DNA from: the human T2T-CHM13v2.0 reference genome, Homo sapiens
Reading direction: 5' to 3' (one strand)
Length of the DNA: 64,000 nucleotides
NCBI RefSeq assembly: GCF_009914755.1
Contig: NC_060926.1
A program made the translations under genes and the position numbers. The notes beneath the pieces are model-generated. The model saw only the letters and a program-made list of their open reading frames with translations, was not told the DNA's origin and searched no databases. Position 1 is the stretch's first letter. Every line of letters begins with the position of its first letter. Below are positions 1-13,170 of this stretch, piece after piece.

Positions 1-826
1 TTCTTATGGAAGTTATTTTGGCTTATTGACCTTTTTTATGTTGATTATTTCTTACCTTTGGGCAATTCGAAGTTTTCCCTGCCTAATCTATCAACTTCTA
101 ATCTTCATAATGGTTATTTCTCTGGAGTATAGTTATGATTACACTAGCTAGTGTTTCTCATGAAATATATGACATATTTTCATAGGCTGAAAAAACAGAA
201 AAGATAATTGATTTTATGTAACTCAAATTTCTATGAGTGTTTTTGTTTGAGTGTCAAGAATTCAAATCACAACCCTATCATTAACTACTATCTGTTTGAT
301 TTTGGGAAATTTAGAAATTATTTACCAGCTTCTCATGTGTTCACACATTGTATTGTTTTTGATGATCGTATGTCTTTATATTAGTGAGTACTTTTGGAAT
401 GAATGCACACGGAAACAGGAGCAAGTTTTTGGCATTTTGGCAGTTGCTGCCACTGAAACAGGGCTTGAATCTCAGAACTCCAAGATGTGCATTATCTACC
501 CTAACGCGGAACTGTTCTCAGGAAAAACCTGATCTCAAGATGCATTAATCAGAAGGCTAATAGGAGGACTGGTTGGGATTCTTAGCTTTGGGGTACCCCA
601 TTATCCCTTACACTCAATAGCACTATCAAAATATGGTACAGAAACTTTCAGAAAATAAGGTCGTTTCTGGATTAGCTCTCTCCATCCCTGGATGAAAGAA
701 ATCTGAAGGCAATAGACGAGTGTTTTCCTATATTCTCAGGATAGGGCTGTGGAGTCTAAATGACTATAGAACCTCCAGTGTTTCATCATTATTATCTGAT
801 GCCAGATTAAATAGATGTGGTGTGGG

Positions 827-827
<1 letters not shown>

Positions 828-854
<27 letters not shown>
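828..854. repeat. (TG)n microsatellite
   Basis: Uninterrupted tgtgtg run. Confidence 0.95.
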
Positions 855-857
<3 letters not shown>

Positions 858-2551
858 TCGTGTTTAATCCAGCAATGATTATAGAGCTTCTCAGGCCAAG
901 TCTCTGTTATTTTCAAAACACAATTGCAAGTTGAAAGGGCTAAGTTTTCAACCTACTTCAGTATAGATGAAGAGGTATCTGCTCCAAATTAACAACACTG
1001 CAAAGAGTGTCAAGATGTTTTCACCCTGGTGGATAGAACCTAAAGACTTTCTGCACTGTAGATTTAAACTTGTCCAGTGGCAGAACATTCTTTATGATAC
1101 CACTAAATTTTAAGTACAATGGCTCTAGCAATGACATGGTTTACACGAGCAATTCCCCTTTTACAATACCTGTAAAAACTGTGCTAAAATGTGAATAATC
1201 TGGACTAATGAGAACTAATTCCTTAAATAAATAAAATCATGATTTTCCAAAAGGGCTCTTTATAAAACATGCTTACAATTACACACTGAAATATTGAACC
1301 ATGTGAATATTAATACTAGGAAACACAATAATCCTACAATGTGCAACTTGTTCAGATATTTATGCTTCATAAGAGTCAGTAATGACAGGTAAAACATGTA
1401 AGTAGCTTTTGATATCCCTGGTTATAGTATAAAGAGTGTTGTTTTCTATTCATTTGTGGTGTCAGTAGTGTTAATAAAATCATTTATGCAAATAATTTTA
1501 CAAATACAGGTTTGTATAGAATAACACATATAAACTTATAGAACAGATTCTCTAAGTGCTTAAGGGACACTGAAATTTGAGATTTATTTATAATCTCTAC
1601 AAAGCCAACTAACAGACTGTAATTATGATTTTATGTCCTAAATTTTTAAAAAATCCTAAAAATGCTAGTGATATATAGAGTACAGTTTGAAGATCAATTT
1701 TTACTGTTCAAAGAAATTTTACTTGGCTTACCACATTTCTTCTTAGAAAATATCCCCTTGCAGCAGGTAGAGTTGGTGTTATTTACAGTTTACATTACAT
1801 AGTTGATGGCCAGAGAGCTACTGTGTACAAGAGGTAGGGCTTGCCCCTTGACCTGACTCCCAGGCATCTGTGCTTTCCATTGGAATCATCTTTGTCTGAC
1901 AACTCTGCTGGAAACCTTGCTGGCCAGAGGAAGATTTTTGAATGACTTTGGAGATGATACAACAGGTGATGTTCACAGAATAATCCTCTGTAATCATCTG
2001 CCTGTTAGCAGTACCTCCATCTCTCCCCTTCAAGAAAGTCTATCAGAATGTGAATCAGGAAGATGCTATTAGAGTTTGATCTGGTGAATCTCTCATATTG
2101 TTACCTTAAAATTATTAATCTTTATTGCTTTGAGCACCAAACACTTTCCCTTTGGACACTAAAATAATGAAATTTTCATTAACCAATGTTGGGAAGTAGG
2201 AGATTGGAAAATCAAGACTTCTTATTATTGGCCTTTAAAGAAATGCACCAAGCCTTCAGATGTAAGTTGGGGAAGACTTTTAAAATATAAGCAATTTAGA
2301 TGATAGCCTTTTTTTCCCTTCTATCACCATTATCTGTTGTCCCAACCTAGAATAACCTTGGAATTTGGTAAAGAGGAGAAGGAATAATTGGGCAGAGAAG
2401 AGGATGCAATGGACCATCTGCCCTCCAACTCACACCTCTGGACTACAACCCGGTGGGAGAAGGGACAAGATACCTGGGGAAATTTAAGGGAAAATAACTA
2501 GTCCTACCTCAGTCCAGGCAAGAATGCCTGTGCTGAGCACATAATTTGCAC

Positions 2552-2885
2552 GATTGATTCTCAATCTTTTTGATCTCAGGAGCCATTTTCTTCTTTGAAA
2601 ATTATTATTATTATAGATCTGAAAGAGTTTTATTACATGGTGTGTGTGTGTGTTTGTGTGAAATTAAAACTAAGAAATTGTTTAAAACACAAGAATATGT
2701 AAATACTCATTTCATTAGTCACAAAAGTGATAATGCGATTACATGGCGTGTAGTCTCTGCAAAATTCCAGTAAAATCGGCATATAACACCTTAGTATTAT
2801 TATAAGAAGGATTCTGACCTCACAGACCCCTGAAAGGGTCTCAGGAAACCTCAGCATTCTCTAGACCATTCTTCAAGAACAGTTG
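2552..2885. mobile_element. hAT-Charlie1-family DNA transposon deletion derivative (MER106/Charlie1-like)
   Basis: Start ttctcaatctttttgatctcagg and end ttagtattatt...tgacctcacagacccctgaaagggtctc...agaacagttg resemble both Charlie1 termini as remembered. Confidence 0.65.
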
Positions 2886-2914
2886 CTATAGAGGGCCCTA
2901 CATGTCTCTGTCTC

Positions 2915-2925
2915 TCACACATGCA

Positions 2926-2966
<41 letters not shown>
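2915..2966. repeat. (CA)n microsatellite
   Basis: Long cacaca run. Confidence 0.95.
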
Positions 2967-2968
<2 letters not shown>

Positions 2969-3392
2969 GAAACATAGATACCATTTTCTGTTTTTGGTTA
3001 TGTGAAAAAGATTTTAGAAAATTTGGTGACCAAATGAGTACTACAGGAAAGCAAGGTGAATTTAGGACTTATCTTTACCCTAGAGTATACAGAGCTCAGA
3101 CCCCAGGAGTGTGAGCTCCATACATCAGGCCAGGAGTATGGAGAAATCCACAGCTTCTGCCCTGACAAGGCAGAGAAAAAGATCTTGCTTTGGCTTAATA
3201 TTAGCTGTCTACAATCACCAGAGCCATTGTCTAGGTAGACTGAGTTCATCAGACAACAGAACGTGGTGCGTCTTCCTTCCTCTCTGTTAGATTTGGGAGG
3301 CACTTAGGACCACTTGGAAATACTGGGTCAGAACATTTAGGTAAAGAGCAGGAAAACATCTGCTTGATTCAGCTACCCAAAAACCTAATTCA

Positions 3393-3780
3393 GGTATTAG
3401 TCCATTCTCAGATTGCTATAAAGAGCTATCTGAGAGTAGGTAGTTTATAAAGAAAAGAGGTTTAATTAGCTCACGATTCTGCAGGCTGTACAGAAAGCAT
3501 GGTTGGGGAGGCCTCAGGAAACTTACAGTCATGGTAGATGATGAAGGGGAAGCCAGAGCCTCTTACATGGCTGGAGCAGGAGATGAAGCACCTGTGAAGA
3601 AGGAGGTGCTACACACTTTTAAACAACCAGATCTCATGAGAACTTACTCAATATCAGGAGAACAGCAAGGGGGAAGTCCGCCCCCATGAGCCAATCACCT
3701 CCCACCAGGTCCCTCCTCCAACACTAGAGATTACAATTTGACCTGAGATTTGGGCAGGGACACAAATCCAAACCATATCA
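3393..3780 (-). mobile_element. Solo MaLR LTR, MSTA-like
   Basis: gtattagtccattctc...gctataaag at left and ccaaaccatatca at right are the reverse complement of MST/THE1 LTR termini; ctgcaggctgtacagaaagcatgg is the MSTA-type segment. Confidence 0.88.
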
Positions 3781-4120
3781 GTCCCTATCCTGGCTGTAGC
3801 ACACCCAGTCACTATCTGGAATCCTCAGCTCAACCCAGCTTTTGTTCTGCTCTGTCCCAAGGGATCAAAACTATTGTTCAGGGCTAGGTTTCCAGAGATC
3901 AAGACTCCTTCTGCCTTGGTTATATGAAGGCTCTCATAAACATTAATCTCTTCAGACCTGGGGTAGGAAGAAGACTATGGACTTAAAAAGAAAAAAGAAA
4001 AAAAAATATATCTTCTAAATATTTTGTCATGAGGTATGTGGGTACATTTCTATACTTTCCCCAAGCCCATTAATATTTTGACAAGAAGGCAAGACAATTG
4101 AGAGGCTATTTCCTCCCTGA

Positions 4121-4151
<31 letters not shown>

Positions 4152-4155
4152 GTGT
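4121..4155. repeat. (TG)n microsatellite next to the Alu tail
   Basis: tgtg run. Confidence 0.9.
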
Positions 4156-4169
4156 ATTATATACATATA

Positions 4170-4447
4170 TTTTTTGAGACAAGTTCTCACTGTTGACCAG
4201 GCTGGAGAACAGTGGTGCAATCTTGGCTTACTACAGCTTCCACCTCCCAGGCTCAAGTTCTTGTCTCAGCCTCCCTAGTAGATGGGAACATAAGCATGCC
4301 AACACATCTGGCTAATTTTGGTATTTTTGTAGAGACAGGGTTTCATCATGGTGCCCAGGCCAGTCACAAACTTTTGAGCTCAAGCAATCTACTCGCTTTC
4401 GTTTTCAAAAGTGCTGCGGTTGCAGGTGTGAGCCACCATGCCCATCC
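4170..4447 (-). mobile_element. Alu, old (AluJ-like)
   Basis: tttttgagac...gctcaagcaatc...gtgtgagccaccatgccc; heavily diverged, with J-type gagctcaagc. Confidence 0.9.
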
Positions 4448-5519
4448 CCTGATACTTTTATTTTTAGTAGTCCTGCTGTGCCCCCCAACTCAACAGAAAT
4501 GGTGCTGTCAAAGAAAATGATGGCAAGGTAGATCTGGATGCAACATTGACTAGGGACCACCCCCGAAATTTTTTCATGGCTTTGAAGAGATTTGTTGGAG
4601 AGCCTAATTCCTTGTAAATAATAGGAACTAGGAGTGACAGCAACATGGCCACCAAAATGCTACCAGACACAACAAATTTTACAGTGCACATTTCCCATTT
4701 TCTAGATGAAAGCAAATCTAGAGTGAGCCTCCAACCAGGGACATAGAGGAAAAAGTTGAAGCCTCATAGTATGGCCAATGGCAGGACATTTATGTAGGGG
4801 GCTGGATTAGCAAGGGAAGCCTAGTCACGAGGGGCCCAATCTCTCCAAAGCAATCACAGTTCAAAGCAAAAACCAAAAGAACTGCCAAGTTCATCAATTG
4901 TGGTAAGTACAGAGAAGTAACCAGGGGTCATACATTTTGCTCTCTCTGTCTTCATGAAGTTGTTTGATTTCTCTTACACAAAGATGCCACTTTTGGTAGA
5001 AGAAGATAGAAGGGAGGACCTGGAAATGAATATAGTGTAGTTCTGGAAAGATACCAAATAAGTCATAGAATGACTAGATTAGGCATCCTATGTCTTCCCT
5101 TAAGAGAGTTAATTATAAATTCATTAAATAAACATAAGAAAAAATTACTCTTTTATTCACTGGAGTGGTCACTGTGGAAATTTCTAATTATGTCATTAGT
5201 AACATTGAATCTTCTTTAATTTATTCAAAATCTAAGAGGTGTTAAGATACAATTTATGAGTTAGCTCTTAATTAAAACATTTAAAAAGAAGCAAACAATG
5301 CAAAGTATTGGAGGTAGAGTTTAGATTCAATAAAATAAGAGTTATTTCCCTGGATATGTGTTTTCACTAATGCTGACTTTTTCTTTTCTTTTCTTTTTAC
5401 TTTTTTTTTTTTTGTGGGAGAGGTGAGGGTTCTGCTGTTGAAGATGTTTTTTCTTCTCCATTAAGGATAAGTCCAGCTTATACATTCCAGTGCAGTTATA
5501 ATAAAAATCTCAGCATACC

Positions 5520-5600
5520 TAACACATTGAAGCAAAAAGTTTAGAATGGCACCTAGTAAATAATAAGTGCTAAACAAATATAAGTTACATTATTACTCAT
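5520..5600 (+). mobile_element. MIR 3' fragment
   Basis: ttagaatggcacctagtaaataataagtgctaaacaaat resembles the MIR tail. Confidence 0.45.
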
Positions 5601-6109
5601 GCCATTGCAAATTCCTTTATCTACCTGAAATGTACTTTCACTGATCCATTTATCCCTGTCAAAATTTTCCTCATATTTTCTACCTTCAATTTGGCATTTT
5701 CTTTGAATAATTGCCTTTTACTCTCCAGGAATGAATAATAACATTCTCTCCTAAGACCTAGAAAATTTTGTACACAAATCTACTTGGACACTTAGGAATG
5801 TGCTAAAAATGTGTCTGTATAGCAGTTACAAGCCTCTCAAGGTTTTAGTCTATTCCTCACAGTGGGTGCTCAATGAACTTTTCTGAATAAATAATGAGTA
5901 AATTGTTTTTACTTTACAAAAAGTGTCTATGTGATAGCTACTTTTGGCCTGGGACCATATGATGCTATTAATCTGTTTATCTCTGATCAGATAATTGTAA
6001 TGATTTTGGACTTTGGACTGTTTTCTTTCCCTAGTAGGCCAGATCCCCAATATAGAATTGAGTACCAGCAAGTTTACCATATTTCTTCCATTCAACATTT
6101 CATAATGAT

Positions 6110-6420
6110 GACAATAATAGTAATCATATCAGATAATTTTATTTAGTTATTTTTTGAGCTAAACATTGTAATCAGGGTTTTTGGAGGATGTTCTTAATTA
6201 TCATCATATAAACTCTATAATTTGAGTAGTAGTATTGATCCATTACTTGGATCCATTGTATCCAAATTAATACAAATGAATACAGTAGTAGGATTGTATC
6301 CAAAGAGAAAACCAGGCTAAAGAAGACAAATTAATTTGCCTGAGTTCACATAGCTCATAAGTAGCTCAGTCACGTTTCTACAACCAGGTCATGTTGTAAA
6401 AGGACCCCTTTAATTCCAAT
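6110..6420 (-). mobile_element. MIR fragment
   Basis: gagaaaaccaggctaaagaag...aatttgcctgagttcacatagctcataagtagc is antisense MIR core-like. Confidence 0.55.
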
Positions 6421-6681
6421 TGCTATATGCTATTTCAGAGACAAGCATTAATTATGAATATGATGATTCTAGTTTTTTTGCTAATTATTGAGGTAGATGT
6501 TAGCTGGTAACCTTGAAGGCTGAGTATTTATTTATAATGGAAATAACTCAAACACTGTATTTTTTCATATATAAGGCACATATGTGTGTATTATTTGCTT
6601 ATATACATGATTATGAGCAAAGACAAAACGGCATAACCCATTCATTTATAGATTAGGAAACTGAGAACCAGCTATAGCAAT

Positions 6682-6775
6682 AATAATATCTCTCATGAGA
6701 TGAAACAACACCAGATAAAAAGAATCTCAGAATTATTTTTATTTGGTGGTGTTTCATCTCATGAGAGATATTATT
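6682..6775. repeat. 44-bp inverted repeat (hairpin), 6-nt loop
   Basis: Arms 6682-6725 and 6732-6775 are reverse complements with 3 mismatches. Confidence 0.95.
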
Positions 6776-7540
6776 CTATAATTTTCCTTCTTATCTCTAT
6801 CTGGTTTTGGTTTTAGGGTAATGTTGGCTGAATAGCATGAATGAAGAATTGATCCTTCTAATTTTGGAAAACAATGTAGAGAATTGGTATTTTTTTTTTT
6901 AAATGTTTTGTGAAATCCACATGTGAAACTATCTGGGCCTGGTGATTTTTGGAGAAGTTATTCATTATTTATTTCATTTATTTAACAGACATAAGCTTAT
7001 TTAAGTTACATATTTTTCCATGTGTAAATTTTGGTATTTTGTGTTTTTCAATTTCCATTTTATCTAAAGTTGTGGGCATAGATTAGTCCACAATTTCTTT
7101 TCTTTTGCCTGTTTAAGGCTTAGTTTGTTCTTTCTCTAAAATTCTGAGGTAGAAGCTCAGGTTTTTAATTAGAGCTTTTCTGTTTTCTATATATGTATTT
7201 AGTGATACAACTTTAAAATTTGTGTTTTATGGCTTAGAATGCGGTCTTTCTTGGTGACTGTTCATGTGAACTTGAGAATGTGTATGGGTTTTCCAAGGGC
7301 TGTGATTCTTATACTTTTTCCTTGATAAGTAAGCTGGGGTTTTTCTCCTGGCTTCTTTCAAAATTTATTCTCATTTATCTCCAGTTTGAATATAATGTGC
7401 ATAGCTGTGGTTTTGTTTGGCCTTCCGTTTTCTGAGATTCCCAAATCTGTGGTTTAATGACTGTCATTGATTTTTGAAAGTTGTTGGTTACTACAGTTTC
7501 AAATGTTTCTTTTGTTTCATTGTCTCTCTTCTTTGTCATT
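6750..7540 (-). mobile_element. Ancient L1M (L1MC/L1ME-type) antisense fragments
   Basis: tctggttttggttttagggtaatgttggc and gtgaaactatctgggcctggtgattttt are antisense ORF2-like motifs. Confidence 0.7.
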
Positions 7541-7785
7541 AGACAGAAGAGTCCATCTCTGAGCTTGTACCTGCTTCTGGAACTAAATGCTTGGCCATAT
7601 TTGAATGGTTCTGAGTCATTCAGTCATAATTTCCACCCATGTGGGAAACTTAGCAACATAAAATTTACTCTCATAGTTAACTGTGATTTCAAGGAATTCT
7701 AGTCAATTTATGTAAAATGGAATTCTGTCTCAGGTTATTTTTTATAATTTATCCTATCCACATTGTTTGAAGGCCAAAATTAGTG

Positions 7786-7865
7786 TTAGGTTGGTGCAAA
7801 AGTAATTGCGGCATTTGCCATTCAAAGTAATGGCCAGAACTGCAGTTACTTTTGCAACAACTTCA
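7786..7865. mobile_element. MADE1 mariner MITE (Hsmar1 derivative; miR-548-type hairpin)
   Basis: 80 bp ttaggttggtgcaaaagtaattgcgg...gcagttacttttgcaacaacttca, near-palindromic. Confidence 0.95.
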
Positions 7866-8039
7866 TAGCTAATCCTCACAACATTTTTAAGACTGCTGTG
7901 AAGCTTTATCCTTCTATCCTTCGTTTCTTCTACCATTACTCAAAAATAAAATATTTACTTATTTGGTCATTATTATTTTATTTTACCTTCTACTAATTAT
8001 TTCAAGTATATCCTAATTTGAGCTAAGATATTTAGTATT

Positions 8040-8900
8040 TTTTATTTTGAAATAATTATAGATTGACAGGAAGTGTCAAAGATAAAAGAAGATTCAAACA
8101 GCTTTTACTTGGGTTTTCCCAAGGTTTACCTCTCACATAATATAGTACAATATCAAAACCAGAATATTACATTGATACATATGTGAAGTTCTGTGTCATC
8201 ACATGCACAAATATGTGTAAGCACTACTTTAATGAACATACAGAACTATTTCATCACCACAAAGATTTCTCTCAAACTATTGCTTTACGGTTGTACCTAC
8301 CTTCTCCCCTCCACCATCCCTAATCTCTGGCAACCACAAACATATTCTTCACCTCTATAATTTTGTCACTTAAATAATGCTATATATATGGAATTGTACA
8401 GTATATGATCTTTTGAGATTTAATTCCTTCATTCAGTATAATGTCTCTGATGTTCATCTAAGTAGTTGCATATATCAATAGTCTGTTCTATTTCATTGCA
8501 GAGAATGTGATTTAGTTTGTTTAACTATTAGTCTACTGAGGGACATTTTAGTTGTTTCCATTTTTTGGCTACTATGAATAAAGCTGCTATGAGCATTCTT
8601 GCATAGGTTTTATGGGACATAACTTCTTATTTCTCTGTATAATCATTCAGGTGTGTAATTGCTGGGTCATATGTTAAGCATACATTTAGTTATTTTTAAA
8701 AATTGCTAAATTACTTTCCTTAGTGGCTATATTGTTTGACACTCCCACCTGCATAGATCTAATTTATCTTCATACTTGCCAGCATTTCGTTCTGTCATTG
8801 CTTTTATTTTAGTTTATTTGATAGGTGTGTAAATTATATCTCATTGTGATCCTAATTTGTATTTTCCTAATAGTTATGTTGAACCTATTTTGTGGACTTA
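8040..8900 (-). mobile_element. Old L1 (L1MC-type) 3' end
   Basis: ttttattttgaaataattatagattgacaggaag...ctggcaaccac...aaagctgctatgagcattct matches antisense L1M 3' UTR. Confidence 0.8.
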
Positions 8901-9854
8901 TTTTCCCTTTAAATGTGAAGCCTACATTTCACTTACAATGTTTAATTTTATATCTATATTTTATATCTATATTGTGCTAGTGTATGTGTTGTATGTATGT
9001 AACAAATTATCATCAGTTGACTTCCTGGCACAACACTATTCCATTCATTTAATTCCCTTTGACTATGAAATACAGGATTTTTTCTACTTGTGTAAAAGCG
9101 ATGCTTTTTATTCTGTGATTTCACTAAGGAGTGAAAACTATGAACAACTATATATAGCAAAATCACAGTTATCAGATAATTAAGCCTCCTAACTAATCTA
9201 ATGTTTTTAAAGCTTACTGAAGCCAGAAAAGCACAAAGAAGATTTACTGAGTGAACTGGAAGTGCACAGTCTGCAAGGTAGAGACTATTCAGGTTAAAAT
9301 ATATTTTTAGCAATGCAATTGACATTGTAAATTACACATAGATCTTGTAACTCCAATGCCAATTTACTATTTCTAGCTTCCAAGGAAGTAGTAATATCAA
9401 AGTTGCAGTTTTATATAAGATACAAAATATTTTTCCTTTGCCATCATATTTTAAAATAAACACATAAAATAATACATTTATCCAGAAAGATGCATTTTTA
9501 CATATACAACTGGCAGTCAAATTAAATATTACAGTGACCTAAATTCTGATAACATAGCAAAATTTAATGAGTTTTTCTGCCCTTGCTTTAATTTATGTAC
9601 CACAGAAAAAAAATCTAACCTCTGGACCTGTCTGACATGCAGATTAGACATTTAAGTCAAACTGTCAAGTTTATTAAAATCCAGAACTTCACAGATAACA
9701 TTTAGAGGAATACTCTTATCATGCTTGGTTTTAGGTTTGTTGGCTTTCTTGTTTCCACTTTCATATTCTTTCCTCAATAGTAGTGTAATCCTAGCATGCT
9801 GTGTAGCTTAATCATCTTAGAACTTCTCTTACAGGCCTAGAGTGGCCTGTAGAC

Positions 9855-10112
9855 ATGGTAGACGATAAAGTTTCGGAGCCAGGGCTCTTAGGTTCCAATC
9901 CTGTCTCTGTCACTTACTAGTAGAAGGAATTAGGGCATGTTATTTTAGCTTTTCCATTTCCATTTTACTGTTTTCTCATCTGTAAAATAGGAAAGCAATG
10001 GTGCATAGCTCCTTCAGCTTGGGGGAGTAAAAATTGAGATAACCAATATAAAGAGTTCAAAACAGTGTCTAACATCCAGTAAAATTCTCAATAAATATTA
10101 CCTATTGTTATT
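9855..10112 (+). mobile_element. MIR
   Basis: ggttccaatcctgtctctgtcacttactag...ttttctcatctgtaaaatagg...ctcaataaatatta. Confidence 0.85.
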
Positions 10113-10129
10113 TTCATTTAAAATTATTA

Positions 10130-10691
10130 CCAATAATTAATAATTGGAATTTGAAATTAAATGAAAATTAAAAACAATACTATTTATATAAGCACCCCAA
10201 AATGAAATACTTAGATATAAATATAACAAAGTAAGTACAAGATATATATGAGGACAACTACCAAATTCTGATGAAAGTAAGTCAAAAAATAACTATATCA
10301 AGAGATATTCTATGTTCACTGATAAGAAGACATGATAATGTCAAGATTTCAGTTTTTCTCAACTTTATCTAGAGACTCAATGCAATCCCAAACAAAGTTC
10401 TGCAAGTTATTTTGTGAATATTTACAAACAATTCTAAAATGTATAAAGAGAGATAAAAGGCCAAGAATAGCCAACACAATTTTGAAAGAGAAGAACAAAA
10501 TTGGAGAACTGACAGTACTCGACTTCAAGACTTACTGTAAAACGCAGTAATCAAGATGGAGTGGTTTTGACGCATAGAAAAGTATGTCAACGAAACAGAA
10601 TAAAAAGCCAGGCAATAGACTCACACAAATATAGTCAACTGATCTTCAGCAAGGAAACAAAGCAATGCCATGGAGAAAAGACAGTGTTTTC
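10130..10691 (+). mobile_element. L1MC-type ORF2 remnant (5' part of the L1MC1 host)
   Basis: Translates to ORF2-like RPRIANTILKEKNKIGELTVLDFKTYCK. Confidence 0.8.
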
Positions 10692-12255
10692 TATAAAACT
10701 AATAGAAATAAACATAGAGGAAATGCTTTCTGAAATTGGACTCGGCAAAAAGATCTTGAGATGGACTTCAAAAGCATAGGAAACAAAAGCAAAAACAGAC
10801 AAATGGGGTTACATTAAACTAAAAAGTTTCTGAACAGCAAAATAATCAATAAAGTGAAGAGAACACCTACAGAATGGGAGAAAGTATTTAAAATCTATGA
10901 ATCAGATAAGGGGTTAAATTCTAAAATATAAAAGGGACTCAAACCACTCAATAGCAAAAAGAAAACCAAATAATGTAATTTAAAAACGGGCAAAAGGCCT
11001 ACATAGACATTTCTTAAAAGAGGACATGCAAATATCCAACAGATACACGAAAAATGTTCAATATCAATAATCATAAGAAAAATGCCAATCAAAACCACAA
11101 TAAGATATCACCTCATCCAAGTTAGAATAGCTATAAACAAAATAATAATAATAATAATAAACAACTGCTGGTAAGGATGCAGAGAAAAACTCTTATCCAG
11201 CACTGGTGGGAATGTAAATCAGTGCAGCCTTTATAGAAAATAGTATGGAGAATGTTTAAAAAATTAAAAATACGTACCATATGATCCAGCAATTCTATTA
11301 CCAGATATATATCTAAAAGAAATGAAGGAAATCAATACATCTAAGAGACATCTGTACTCACATGTTTATTGTAGCATTATTCACAATAGACAAGATATAG
11401 AATTAATCTTAATGCCCATCTACAGATGAATGAAGAAAATGTTATATATATATGTGTGTCTGTGTGTGTGTGTATGCGTGTGTATGTGTGTGTATATATG
11501 TATATATACACATATATATAACATATATGACATGTATATAAGGGGCTGACTATAAAACAGTCAACCTCTTATTCCACTAAATATAATATACATATAGGAC
11601 ATTATATCACTCCACTCAATATGTATATTTTTAGTGGAATAATATTCAATAATATTCAGACAAAAAAACGAAATGAAATCCTGACCTTTGTAGTAACATG
11701 GACGAACCTGGAGGATATTCTGTTAAGTGAAATAAATCAGGCACGGAAAGGAAAATACTTCATGATCTCACTCATATTTGGAATATAAAACAGTTGATTT
11801 CATAAAAGCATAGAAATATAAAATAGAATAATAGTTACCAGAGAGTGAGAAGGATAAAAGGAAGTAGGGAACCGGGAAAGCATGATCAATGGGTACAAAG
11901 TTACAGTTAGACAAGAAAAATAGGTTTTGGCTTTCTATTACACAGTAGAGTGACTATAGCAAATAATAATATAATATATATTTCAACATAGCTAGAAGAT
12001 TTTGAATTTTGTCACTACAAAGAAATGATATTTAAAGTGATGAATATGGTAATTACCCTGATTTGATTATACTATGTGTACATGCATTGAGACATCACAT
12101 TTACTCCCATATGTAAAAACACGTGCATTATTTTTTTGCTTAATAACAGAATAGAGTGACTATAGTTAGCAATAATGTATTGTATATTTCAAAGTAGCTG
12201 GAAGAGAGGACTTGAAATGTTACCAATAAATATGTACAATTATTATGTGTATATT
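10692..12255 (+). mobile_element. L1MA (L1MA4-6-like) ORF2 end and 3' UTR, followed by a second short L1MA 3' fragment (~12145-12255)
   Basis: gggtacaaagttacagttag...gtgactatag...aattaccctgatttgat; the gagtgactatag motif recurs at ~12153. Confidence 0.8.
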
Positions 12256-12259
12256 ATAA

Positions 12260-12559
<300 letters not shown>

Positions 12560-13158
12560 AGTGATGACTTTTTAGGTACAACATAGAAAGCATGATTCAT
12601 AAAGGAAGTAATAAGGTAGACCTCACAAAAATTAAAAATGTTTGCTCTAATGAAAGATATGTCCAGAGAATGAGAGGGCAATTCACGGACTAGGAGAGAA
12701 TATTTGCAAAACATATGTGATACAGGATTGATTGTTATCCAAAATATACAAAAATAACCTCTTAAAACTCAACACTAAGGAAACAAACAACCCAATTAAA
12801 AATGTGCAAAAGATCTGAAGAAACATCTTGCCAATGAGGAGATATGGATGGCAAGTAAGCAAATGAAAAGATGCTTAACACCGTATGTCATTAAAGAATT
12901 GCAAATCAAAACAGCAGTGAGACACCATTACAGACTTATTAGAATGGCCAAAATCCAAACCACTGACTATTCCAAACTTTGGCAACGATGCAGACCAACA
13001 GAAATTCGCATTCATTACTTGGGGGAATGCAAAATAGCACATTCATTTTGGAAAACAGATTGACAGTTTCTTACAAAAGTAAGCAGTCTTACCATAACAT
13101 CTAGCAATTGTTCTCCTTGATATTTACCCAACTGAATTGAAAACATCTTCCCACAAAA
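12560..13158 (+). mobile_element. L1MC1 continuation (left of the AT-rich block)
   Basis: ORF2 C-terminus-like MASKQMKRCLTPYVIKELQIKTAVRHHY; ends at atttacccaactgaattgaaaacatcttcccacaaaa. Confidence 0.82.
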
Positions 13159-13170
13159 TGCTTGATTAGC

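Noticed and set aside
251-2033. Short ORFs or possible exons in the unique left end
   Set aside because: No recognisable protein similarity and no convincing paired splice signals
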